Below are positions 42,310 through 54,248 of a DNA stretch of 64,000 nt, in pieces. Each line of letters begins with the position of its first letter. Position 1 is the stretch's first letter. Below the pieces are notes generated by a model. It saw only the letters and a program-made list of their open reading frames with translations. It had not been told where the DNA came from and did no database searches. Position numbers and translations under genes: made by a program. The stretch is from Eledone cirrhosa (Eukaryota), in NCBI GenBank assembly GCA_964016885.1, contig OZ024743.1, forward strand, positions 57,908,001-57,972,000, read 5' to 3'.

Positions 42310-42359
<50 letters not shown>

Positions 42360-42439
42360 TTAAGTGCAAGAATTGCAGGAACTGGTGCAGTAATGGGCCA
42401 GCTTCAACATTCAGTCATGAGAAAAAAGGGGGTAAGTGT

Positions 42440-42750
42440 AAAAGCCAAAGGCACTATCCTTAAATCGGTATTCTGGCCAACTCATACCTCTGTTTATAGA
42501 TCTTGTGTAATGACCAAAAGAATGCGATCGTGAATACCAGCGGCTGAAATGAGGTTCCTCCAAAGGGTGTTTCGAATAACGATTCTCGATAGAGTGCATA
42601 GTTCTATAAGAGAGGCGCTCCAGGTAGAGCCGCTATTTCTCCAAATTGAGAGATCACATCTCCGATATATCGGATATGTGGTTAGAATGTTAGAAGTTAT
42701 TCCGGGTTGAATTAGAGGTAACCACAGTAAGTAAGGGACCCAATGTATAG
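42440..42750 (+). pseudogene. RTE-like LINE C-terminal fragment
   Basis: AAEMRFLQRV...TILDRVHS, REALQVEPL..QIERS.LRY.G.VVRM. Confidence 0.7.
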
Positions 42751-42834
42751 CAGAGTATAAATGTTTTAATATAGAAGAGCTTCTACGGGACTAGAACTGA
42801 ACTATATATATATTTATATATATGTAAGGTTATA

Positions 42835-44620
42835 GGAGAAAGTATGACCCCGACGGCAGAGCTCAAGCCGTTTCGATGGATATTTCTAGACTAAATTAGA
42901 ATTTTTAGTCTGGTAAATAAATAGCCGAACTTTTCAAGGGATACTTCCTTATATGGGAAGATTGTAGTTGTCAAGAGGATTGGTCAAAATTTGTTGTAAA
43001 CACAAATAAGTCTATCATGGCAGTGGGTGGAGGTGGGGGTGGCTGAACTTTCCTGTCGAACGATGAGGGAGTGGGTGGAGCCGGTCAAGCGTTGAAAATG
43101 AAATCTATACGGCAAATTCTAAGGATTGTGTATGAAAGTAGGCCAGAGGAGGTAGGCGAAAAAAGGTTTCTGGAGAAAATAGAGGAAGGAAGTTATAGAA
43201 TGGGTAAGTCAATTGAGATTAGGTGACAATAAAAAAAATGATAAAGAAATCAGAGAAAGTTATATAAAAATATAAAATTGGATAGTGAGAAGTGATAAAA
43301 ACAAAAACTATGGAGTCTAAAACAGCTGCTATATTTGTTGGTGTTGCTTTTTCGGCCAATACTATAGTTGAGAATAGAAGATACTAAATAAGAATTATTG
43401 AAATTTTAGAAATGGGTAGTAAAAAGTTACAAAATCTCTGGGGTCTAACACAGCTGCTATGATTAGTTAGTATATCGTAATCGGCCAATGCTATCTTTAC
43501 TGGGGTGTGGGCTACAGAGGCCCGATGAGCTGCCTCGGGGCAGGCGAAAGGGGAAAAAAACAAGCGAGGAAGAAGATTAGTGGTGGAAGGAAGTGATAGG
43601 AGGAGACAAAGGGAAGAAGAAAACAGAGTAAAAGAAAAGAGGTATATCTACCTATGTTAGCTGGGGTTTCCCCTATCTTAGTCGGCAAGTGGGGTGTTTC
43701 AGCCCTTGTCTACCCACCCGGATCGTTATGGGGTTTGAGGCGAGGTAAGTCTTACGCAATCTGTGTTTTCATGAAGTTACCAGTTCGTCTTTTTTGTTTA
43801 GGAGTTGATCCTTCGTAAACAGCATTTGTAATGTTTCTTCCGAGCATAAGTTACACGGACGGCGTCCTCCCAACATTGGCCGATTACGCTATACTAACTA
43901 ATCATAGCAGCTGTGTTAGACCCCAGAAATTGAGTATTAATTTTTACTACCCAATTCTACAATTTCAATCATTCTTACTTAGTATCTTCTATTCTCAACT
44001 CATTATATAGCATTGGCTGAAAAAGCAACACCAACTAATATAGCAGCTGTTTTAGACTCTATAGTTTTTGCTTTTTATCACTTCTCATTTTCCAACTTTA
44101 TATTTTTATATATCTTTCTCTGATTTCTTTATCATTTATTTTTTATTGTCTCCTAATCTCAATTGACTTACCCATTCTATAACTTCCCTCCTCTATTTTC
44201 TCCAGAAACCTTTTTTCGCCTACCTCCTCTGGCCTACTTTCATACACAATCCTTAGAATTTGCCGTATAGATTTCATTTTCAACGCTTGACCGGCTCCAC
44301 CCACTCCCTCATCGTAATACAGGCAAGTTCAGCGACCCCACCTCCCACTCACTGCCATGATAGACTTATTTGTGTTTACAACAAATTTTGACCAATCCTC
44401 TTGACAACTACAATCTTCCCATATAAGGAAGTATCCCTTGAAAAGTTCGGCTATTTATTTACCAGGCTAAAAATTCTAATTTAGTCCAGAAATAGCCGTC
44501 GAAACAGCTTGAGCTCTGCCGTCGAAGTCATACTTTCTCCTATTACCCACTCTATTACCCTAAGTATTGAGTACTCTGGTGCGTTATGGTCCATCTGGTT
44601 CCTTACCACAACTCCTTCGT
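42835..44620 (-). mobile_element. Family A PLE insertion: endonuclease C-terminal remnant, 3' pseudo-LTR and inverted pseudo-LTR
   Basis: ~655 bp inverted arms 42835-43490 / 43874-44540; the spacer encodes (minus) CNLC...LN...ELV..*KH; flanking direct repeat TAAGGTTATA. Confidence 0.88.
42836..42948 (-). ncRNA. Type I hammerhead motif with U3-A8 core variant (family A)
   Basis: ggaagtatccc-TTGAAAA-g...c-GAAA-cggc(ttgagctct)gccg-TC-ggggtcatactttc; sister copies at 18618-18729(-), 19858-19968(+), 44427-44537(+). Confidence 0.75.
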
Positions 44621-44627
44621 TATAAGG

Positions 44628-44671
<44 letters not shown>

Positions 44672-44675
<4 letters not shown>

Positions 44676-46823
44676 TTCAAGAGTAAACCAATCTTAAATA
44701 GAGAGATAGTGGTAGGATAGGGGAGATTGGTGAAGGTATTAGAAGCCAAAGCTTAGAAGCGGGTGCTCGATGTGCAGTATGCAGCGGAAAGCAGTTGGAA
44801 AACTGGGTTAATGCGGAGGTTAGGTGTACAAAGTTGGACATATTCAGTAGTTAAGCGAATCAAGACCACAAGCTCATATAGAAGACATTAGTCGAAAAGT
44901 ATCAACATTAAGTGCAGTTTAATATAAAAAGGGAGTAATAATGTCAGTTTACAATTGTTTCACTACTCCATATAATGTTTCTGGATTAATCGATGATAAT
45001 ATCGTTATTGATTTGGTACAGAGAAAGATAATTAACATGGAACAATATTATGGAGCAGCTCCTAGGAACTTGAAGTTAGATAATGAAAATATTAATATGT
45101 ATAAAGTAGAAATAAAAATAAAATAAAATAAGAGGGTTACGTGTCCGTAAATAATCGTCAGATTAGCAGGTCCCTAGATGGGTCCCTTGGCACTGGAAAA
45201 TTCAAGTGTATGGTATAAAGAAACGTTACATATCTGTCGAGGCTGAAAGTAAACAATGCCGCCTAACGCACAACAAGATGGCTTCTTGTAGGGAAATTAC
45301 CTTATTGTACAGAGTTGGGTTTCGAGGGAGGCCACTCCTTGAAGATCCAAATGTGACAATGATAGTTATAACTAAGATAATGCGAAGGATGTAGCTTATA
45401 GGTATAGTTATAATGAGAAATGTGATTAAGATAATGCAAGGGAGGTAACTTATAGGTGTTTACGTGGTGGACTAAATATGTTTTAGTTTTTTAGTTATAG
45501 GGAGGAGCGTGATTAAATGATAGGCTAAGGTGGGTCAAATATTCTGTTAGCGAAGGAGTTCGCTCTGCGGTGGTGGCAGTTGATGACCAACTCATTCCTG
45601 TCATTTATGGGGAGTGGCTTTGACAGAGTTATGTGATAGGCGTCGGTGAGACAGAGATCGCAACAATTTCTTCTCCCGTTAAACGCAGGAGATCTAGCCA
45701 AGATAACCCAAGTTAGTGAGTGTTCAATGTTGGCCAGTTTAAGGTTTTTAACAAGCCTAGCTAGAGAAGTAGCGCATCTATGGCCAGGGTCGCGGAAGGA
45801 AAATAAGTGCGCGTTATATCGAACCTTAAATGGGTTAGATGTAGAGCCAATATAGGAGCTAGTAGATGAGGCCGTTCTAACGATGCACCTATATACGATA
45901 TTGGGCATAAGGCACTGCCCATTAAGCGGGCATTCAGTGGGGTTACGGCATTGCAATTAGGATTGCGATTAGTGGGAGCAGGGTTGTTTAAGCTGTGCTG
46001 CTGGTGTGTACTAATGAGATCGGATGGGGGAGTTCTGCTACTAGGATGAGTATGGTGTGGTTGCATGGTGTACTTATAGGGAGTGGTGGTGCCGCAGGGG
46101 GGGGGGGGTATATTTTTTTAGTTTATGATGGTTGCTAAATGCGATGTGGCTAGCTAAGTTCGGTGGGGTGGAGAAGGAGATTTTAATATTGTTTTTATTA
46201 AAGAGTTTGTAATATCTATGGTTTGGGAGGGGGTGGGGGTGGGGGGTAGATAGGATGGAGAAGAAGCGTTTAGGGATGTTAGTAGCTAAATTAGATGAGA
46301 TAGGCGGGTTAAGCCAGGTGATTTTTCTAGGCCTGTTACTTCTGTGGGGTCTAGCAGAATCAGCAGGGGCATTACTAAGGTTATTATTGCCAATGTGCTT
46401 GCTAATGGTCAGCCTATTATTCTTTCCTATTCTAGGGTTGATTCTGAGTCTGCAACTTGGAGTAGGGAGTAGGCCTCTGCCACTATTACGATTACTAGTA
46501 TAGCTATCGGTAGGCCTAGAATTCCGGCAAATCTGGCTACATGGTAATGTGTTTCTAGTTCTATTGTTAAAATAATTGGAGTTGTGGTGAAGTTCAGTGT
46601 TATGGCCTTTAGGTATGTAGTAGATAGATTGTGCATAACCAGATTCAGAAAGGGCCGTATTACAGTATGCTGCATGGACATTAAATATCTCCTCATTGGC
46701 GGATAGCATGGAAATCCTATATGAGATAGAATTCATGACCGCTCTGATGACTTCCGGTGGGTGGTTAGAATGCGGGCTAATATAAGCAAGTGTCTCACCT
46801 GGTTTATGATAAGGGTAATATGA

Positions 46824-46825
<2 letters not shown>
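44672..46825 (-). mobile_element. 5'-truncated PLE (Naiad-like): RT thumb, GIY-YIG endonuclease and 3' pseudo-LTR
   Basis: YYPYHKP...[23 protein letters not shown], then CNCRNPTECPLNGQCL..IVY..YIG..RY..H..CDLC..ELV..CHH; TA tracts at both ends; frameshifts present. Confidence 0.9.
45525..45962 (-). pseudogene. PLE GIY-YIG endonuclease domain
   Basis: IVY/YIG motifs, conserved Arg, Cys-rich linker and terminal CxxC...CxH; the expected catalytic Glu position reads Asp. Confidence 0.88.
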
Positions 46826-46906
<81 letters not shown>

Positions 46907-46926
46907 CCTTATATATATATATATGC

Positions 46927-47021
<95 letters not shown>

Positions 47022-47263
47022 TATATGTATATACATGTATACACATATATAAATATATATATATACATATACAATATTAAATAAATGGAAACTATATTTA
47101 TAAAACCATATTTATTTCATTATATATATTTCGGGGATATCATATTAACAATATGCTATGCCTTCCTCAGACAAAATACAATATAAACAGTTTTGTAGAC
47201 AAATAGATTCGACATACCGTTATAACACCGACTTCCATTTGAAGAGGTTTACGCTGGCAGTCA

Positions 47264-47294
<31 letters not shown>

Positions 47295-47315
47295 TATGTA
47301 TATACATGTATACAC

Positions 47316-47385
<70 letters not shown>

Positions 47386-47433
47386 GTATATAATATATGT
47401 GATTGAGCTAAAACCCATATATATATATATATA

Positions 47434-47895
47434 ACCAAAGATTAGGATGGTTCGTTGAATACTCAATGAATACAATTTTACAATAGATTAGAAGCACTCA
47501 AAAGAAAAAGATGTTCCTGGGGTTTTTAATATTATTCAAAATATTGACAAATGAAAAATATTCTCATAATCAAAATATATACTTTATTATATATATATTA
47601 GAGGTACTGTGTTGTTTTTTCAGTACGTCGTCATCAGACAAAATATGTGATTTGATATATGACATACCGCTACGGTCTTGATTATTCAATTCCAGTATTG
47701 GCTGTTCAATTCCAGTATTGACTGCCAATACTGGAATTGAACAAGCAAGACCATAACGGTATGTCATATATCAAATCATATATTTTGTCTGATGAGGACG
47801 TACTGAAAAAACAACACAGTACTTCTGCAATATATATAATAAAGTATATATTTGATTATGAGAATATTTTTCATTTGTTAATATTTTGAATAATA
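47434..47895. mobile_element. Fold-back element in TA context
   Basis: ~170 bp inverted arms ~47530-47701 / ~47724-47893, a duplicated TTCAATTCCAGTATTG at the centre, CTGATGA in both arms, left-side extension. Confidence 0.75.
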
Positions 47896-47909
47896 TATAT
47901 AAATATATA

Positions 47910-50900
47910 GTAATAATAATAATAATAATGGTTTCTTATATTAGCCACAAGGGCCGAAATGTAGGGGACAATACAAAGACAGGGACAGTGGGGGTTTACA
48001 ATAAGGTCGAGTAAAAGTGCACGATGGCAAGACTAATTTAACAATGAAGATATAAAAAATATAAAATAAACTATGCATAAATATGACAAAATAAATTCCC
48101 CGATAGGGGGTGGACGGCCCTGGGGTGACTCGGGTACCCCACCAATCCTGAACCACCCTGCGCTTCCAGGGCACCCAGGGAGAGAACCCCTCTCCTCAAG
48201 TTAGCTAGCCTATAGGCGCATGGTCAGAGTAGGCCCATTCACACGGGCCATTCTCGCCACATTCATCCACCTTTTAGCAAATGTACTGGGGGGAGGGGGT
48301 GGGGGGCAACACTTCTCTCTCCACCCTCACCTTCCTTTCCAGGTGAAACTTGAAGAAGTTGATGAGGGATTGGCCGAAGAGAAAAGTGTCTGTCTTCAGT
48401 CCTTTTAATCTGGTCCACCATATAACCTCTTTCGCAACTGCCACCAGACAGAGGAAAATTTCCTGCTCTTCCTGACCTAAAGAAGGCGGCGGGTCGATCT
48501 TCACTATGGACTCGGCCGATAGCCGGATTCGTTCCACACGTGACAGTAGCTGTTCGACATAACTCCACGAGTCAGTAATGCACGGACATTGGACAAGTGC
48601 GTGCAGAACGGTTTCGTCGTTCTGTGCGCATCTTGGGCAGATCCGTCTGACAGCACTTCCGTGCTAGTAGAGTTTATCCCGAACCGGCAGTGCCTCCCCC
48701 CCCCCCGGTAGCACTGCCAAGCGAGGGATTTCTGGAAATTGTCCATCGTCCCCGGCTCCAGAGTACTCCAGTACAGACTGATCAGTTCGACTTCGTCGAG
48801 GCCCAAAGCTTCTCCGAGTGCGTCATCGCACTTGCCCACTACTAATCCTCTATAGAACTCGAGAGTGGAAGTTCCACTGATTGCATTGCCCGCTTGGTAT
48901 AAGGCAGTAAAAGCCTGCAACATTCCAGGTGCTAGTCACCCAGTCTCGATCTCTTCTCGACCCAGGACTGCAGCTCAGTCAAAGAAACGAGCTACGGAAA
49001 GGCCCGTCTGATAAATGGCGATCACACCGGTTCACCGTTTAGGCAGAATATCTGGAGATGTCGCAGCCTCAACGCATGTCTACGCATCATTAGCCACGGC
49101 ATGCCCAGCCCTCCGCGTAGAGGGTGCTGACAGCAGATGGAACGCTTCACATATGGAACTTGTCCCATCCACAAGAATTTGAAGAGGAGGCTTTCCAACT
49201 TGACGAGGCGTGGACGGGGGCAAGGCACGACGGTCAGGCGGTAGTAGATGACGGACGCGATGTACACATTCACCACCTCCGCGCGACCTTTCAGTGATAG
49301 CTTCCTCCCAGCCCATTTTTGGGTGAGACTGGCTACTCTGCTCGTTACCTCGTCCTAATTCTTTTCCACCTGGAGGTCTGGTCTGAACCAAACCCCGAGC
49401 AACTTTACCGGTCCGTCCGTCCAGCGCCCCACGACGCTGTTGGACGGCATGGGCTTGCCTCTCCAGGTTCCGAGCTATAAGCCCACTGACTTTTCCGGGT
49501 TAAGTTTGGCTCCTGTAAACCTTTCATATTCCTTCAATAAGGTGCCGACCACTTCGATTCTGAGGTGTTGGACATCATCACGGTGATGTCGTCCGCATAA
49601 GCCGACACCGCCTTTCCACGTCCCGGCTCGAGCGGGATACCCTGCAACAGCTCCAGCTTCCGCAGTAAAGGCTCGAGAGTCAATACGTACAGAAAGGAAG
49701 AGAGAGGGCACCCTTGACGGACCGATCGGAGAGCCGAAATGGTTCCGAGAGGTGGCCATTAACCTTGACCACCGAGCGTGTGCCGCTGTGCATTGCAGAG
49801 ATCCAGCTTCTGAAGACAGGGCCGAATCCAGCTGCTTTGAGGAGAAAGTCCAGATACCGATGGTCAACCATATCGAATGCTTTCGATTGATCTAAATTGA
49901 TCAGTGCCCCACCGAAGCTAGGTTTACACCCTACCCTTTCTATGATGTATCGCATGAGGTGGAGATCGTCGTGTATAGGCCTGGAAAGTTTGCGCCTCCC
50001 CAACCAAATCCTCGACGACGAGCGCCAATCTCTTTGCTAACACCTTGGCCAAAATCTTAAACTCTGTGTTGAGCAGAGTTATGGGCCTGAAGTTGTCTAA
50101 TGTATCCCTCTTGTTCTCGTCTTTCCTTATCAGCGTCACCACTCCCCTGCTCACAGAACTGGGAATACTCCAATTCTGCTGCCAGTTGCAGTAGAGTGCT
50201 TCGAGGAGATCGGAGAACAAGTCTGGCATATTTACGTAAACTCGTAGGGCAGGCCATCTAAACCGGGTGACTTGCGCCTAATGCAGCCGACAAGGGCGTC
50301 CTGAATTTCGGCTGAAGTAATCGGCCTTTCGCAGCGCTCAGCGTCGACCGTCGAGATGCGCTGCAAGCCGTCAAGGTAGGAACTGAAATCCGCTACTCTC
50401 TCTGACGCGCCACTCTCGCCGAACAATCGAGCAAAGTGCTGGCGAAAGGCCTCACATATCCGCTTGGAATCGCTTATCTCGTGTCCGTCTCGGTCCGCCA
50501 AAGACTGAATTGTGGTTTTATTACCACGCTGTGCCTCCGCCACGCGGGCCTATCGAACAGCTTTGGTTCCCTCGTTTCTCAGCGCACGCGCCTTAGCTCT
50601 GACAATGCAACCTTCGTGTTTCGCATTGAAGTAATGGTCTAATGCCATTCTCGCCGCTAGCACGTCAGTTGCAATGCCACTACAAATAGCCTCGTCTAAC
50701 TTATCTACCAGCTCTCCGCTCCTTTCTATTTTTCTCTACCGCTAGTTCTTTGCTGAACTCTATCGAAGTTACTCTAATCTCTCTTTTGAGAGCCCCCCAC
50801 CATCTGTTGTTGATGATCCCCCTGTCAACATTTGCTTAACTAAATTGTTGACTCGGTCCCTGTAAGCCTTACGTGCCGGAAATGACATGTTCAGCTTCCA

Positions 50901-53650
50901 GTACGCCGGTCCCAACCTACGCGTTTTATCTAGGTCGACCATACAGATCACAAATTTGAGATCTGAATAGGCGACCGTTTTAAAAAGTGCGCAGCCTACA
51001 CTATTTCTATCTATTTTCCTAATGAAGAACCTGTCTATATACGATCTAGATGACCCCATTCGGTTGGTGCATGTCCATACTGGCACATTGGGGAAATCTA
51101 GTCGATACCTGTCAGACAGTTGGAACTGGCTGAGTAGGTGTTTGAGGCTTTTGCACCCCCGCTCCTATCAGCTACTGCCACTCAATCCCAGCATGCGTCT
51201 AAGATGCCATTCCAGTCCCCCGCTAACAGTAAAGGGCGAGAAATGTCTCCAGGCACCTAAAGAAGTTTGGTCGTCCGGACCCTGTAGGGGCGTAGACGGC
51301 CAGCAGTCTAAAGGCACCACCTTCGCTACTGCTCACATCCAAGACCACCAATTTACCGTCCGGGTCCCGGAAGATCGACCTTACCTCGAGATCTAGTCCT
51401 TTCCTAAACAGCACTTCCACCCCACCTCCCATTCCCGGCCTGCTAACAGATGCGAAGATATGATAGTCGCGGAAAATGGGGGATAGTACGCGCGTGTCGG
51501 AAATTCTGGTCTCGCTGACAGCAATCACATCCATTTCCAGCGACCTGAGGTCATTGAGCAGGCGACCCTGGCCGCGAACATTTAAACTTCCTACTCTTAA
51601 TATTGTCATGTTGGGAAGCTAAAAGAGAGAGGGAAGGTTTACTTATCTCAAGGGGTCTTGTGAAGGTCGGGTGGTTCGACCTCCATGGTTGGTGGGGTTT
51701 CTTTTGGGAACCCCTTTAAAAGTCTAGATGTGGGTTTCACATTCGGGGTTCCCACGTCTTGAGGAAAGCTCTCCCGAATTTCTTTGAAGGAATCGAGTGA
51801 CATTCGGACCAGAAGCAAATCTTCTGGCACGCAAAAAGTGCTCATTTCAAAAATCTCCCCCTCTGTGTGAATGACCTCGCTTCGTGCTAAGAGGGCCATC
51901 AGATTATCCTTGGCCCTTCTGACAAGCTCGAAGTTTTTAACATTTTGTTGGTGTGGTTTTATTTGTTTTCGTTTTGGTGACTGTGGTGGTGATGGTTTTG
52001 GTGGTGTTGTTTCGGGTATGTCTGTGTTTGTCGTAGGTGTGGTGTCTGCAATTTCAGGTATTTGTGTGTTTATTTGTACTTGTGTTTGTGTAGGTTGTTT
52101 GCGTTTCGGGGATTGTGGGGGGGGGGGGTCGATGTTGATGTTGGTCCTGATGTTATTGGGGAAGTGTTTGCGTTAGTGGTGTCTGTATTTTTGTTGTGTA
52201 TGTTTTTGTGTTTTGTTGGGGCTTTTTTCTCTGTTTTTTAGCACTTTGGGGTTTTCTTTCATCTTCGCTGCTGGAAGACAAAGGGTCTGTGGCTGTGAGT
52301 GTCTCTGAGTCTGTGAGTGCGTTTATTGTTTTGTCTATGTGTATAATGGGGGGGGGGGGGGTAGGGGGAGTGGTGGAGCTTTCCTCGTTTTCCCCTTGTA
52401 TTGGTTTCGGTGTTGGTGGTGGGCCGGCTGTTTTTGATGTTGGTGTCCGTGTCTTTGTTGGTGTTTTTTTTGGTGGTGGTGGTGCAGCTTTCCATGCTGA
52501 CACTGGCGTTGAAAACAAAGGAGGTTTGCGACCCCCCTGCATTTTTGCGCCGAGGGCAGAAGGCGTGCAGATGCATTACTTCCCCGCAGACGAAGCAGTG
52601 TGGCCTTCTTCCCTCAGTGATTAGTTGGATTGTTGTCCCGTCCTGCAGCCGGGCAAAATCCGGGATGTTGTTCATGTCCTGCGGTTTCATTTGGAGAAGA
52701 ATCTCCAAATCCATTCCGGACCAGTCTTCTCTCTCTGTCCTTTTGATATCCAGTAGGGTAGTGCTTGTCCCCTCCTCGATTACGCATCCCAGCAGCCACC
52801 ATATGTTCATTCCTGGTGGGATGCTGGGAATGCGGACCTTTACTGTCCTTTTACCCATGTAGGACGGGTGCATGATAATGCGTTCCGTTCTACAGAAGGT
52901 CACCGAGTTGTTAATAGCTAGGGCCTCGGTTTTGAACAGTACCGAGATGGTACTTAACTGTTTGGCTCTTGCTTTATACTCTATGTCACTTCCGATGCAC
53001 TCCAAAGCAGCCTCGACCTCTGCTTGGCTGGCAAGTTCCACTTCTCTGTCTGCACCGACATGCATCGAAAGTACACCGTCCTCCTTTGCATGGCCGCTAT
53101 TTCCCCGTCCGGATGGTCAGGTTTGCTAGGACTTCTCCCGTTTAATTAGCCTCCACGCCTGGGCCAACTGTTCGTCTTTATCGCTAATATCAATATTCAA
53201 TAAGCGCTTTGTTTTTGCTGCTGCTGCAGCAAATGTGGTGCCTCTTTTGCCCTTGTTGTTGCTGCTAACACAGAAGGTTCTGATAGTAGCTTTTGAGTTT
53301 TGTCTTCACATTCAGTGGAGTGGATGACAGGCATCTCTGTAGCAGTCGAAGTTGTGGTGAAATCTACAATGGTTGCTTTTGAACTTTTGACCTGAACGTT
53401 GTTTACCGTTTCAAGATCGAACATTTCCATTTTTTTTTTTTTTTGGTGGGGAAGCGAATTTTTTCGAAGTTTTTAAATATAAATCTGAAGGCTTAAAGCC
53501 CGAATATTGAGAGGTATCCCTTCCTTGAAACCAAGGTAGGTACCTTATGTTTCGTTAACGACAAGAAAATACAAAAAATGATACTTTAAAACAGCTTAAA
53601 GTTACGAACCTTTTTCCCCGCAGACTTGTCCGTCTTCACACATGTGCGTC

Positions 53651-53652
<2 letters not shown>
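47910..53652 (-). mobile_element. Near full-length (~5.7 kb) Tx1/L1-group LINE, frameshifted
   Basis: ORF1 from 53430 with CFVCGEVMHLHAFC knuckle; ORF2 from 51609 (SLNVRG/VSET endonuclease; RPITLLN, YADDI RT; CPRC..H...C); (TAA)n at both ends. Confidence 0.95.
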
Positions 53653-53703
<51 letters not shown>

Positions 53704-53707
<4 letters not shown>

Positions 53708-54248
53708 GGTTACAGAAGGAATGCTAATGGCTGCGCAAGAGCAGGCACTCAAAACGAAGTGGGTGAAACACCATATTTACAAGGAGGAGGCTCGCCCACT
53801 GTGTAGGATCTGTGGAGAGAGAGGAGACTGTAGCTCACATTGTATCCGAGTGTAAACACCTAGCCCAGACTCACTATAAAGGCTGGAGACATGATGGGCA
53901 GGGTGATCCACTGGCACCTATGCAAAGTAAACAATTTTCCACATTCTGAGAAGTGGTATGAGCATAAGCCAGAGTCGATGATAGAAAACGATCAGGTGAA
54001 GGTGCTATGGGATTTTAGGATACAGACGGATAAGAAACTGGAACACAATAGGCCTGACCTGGTGGTTTTGGACAAGGAAAAAAGATCGTGCCTGATTGTG
54101 GATGTGGCCTGCCCATTTGACACGAGAGTGCAAGAAAAGGAGAGGGATAAAATTAACCGATACCAGGATTTAAAGTGGGAGTTAAAAAGGATTTGGAACT
54201 GCCATGAAATCAAGGTCGTCCCGATTGTCATAGGCGCACTAGATACTA
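53704..54248 (+). mobile_element. R4/Dong LINE fragment (CCHC and restriction-like endonuclease)
   Basis: TEGMLMAAQEQ, CRIC, HNRPDLVVLD...IVDVACP...K...Y; closely matches 59250-59785. Confidence 0.92.

Noticed and set aside
43515-43555. Plus-strand CCGATGAG-ctgcc..ggcag-gcGAAA hammerhead-like motif
   Set aside because: Core has U4C, stems I and III and the cleavage triplet cannot be formed, and it is antisense to the element.
44944-45168. Minus-strand CTGACGA ... GAAAC-AATT-GTA about 190 nt apart
   Set aside because: The 3' half is convincing but stem I does not pair, so no complete ribozyme is called.
47785-47825. CTGATGA-ggacgtact-GAAA in the fold-back arm
   Set aside because: No stem III, UH triplet or stem I partner found.
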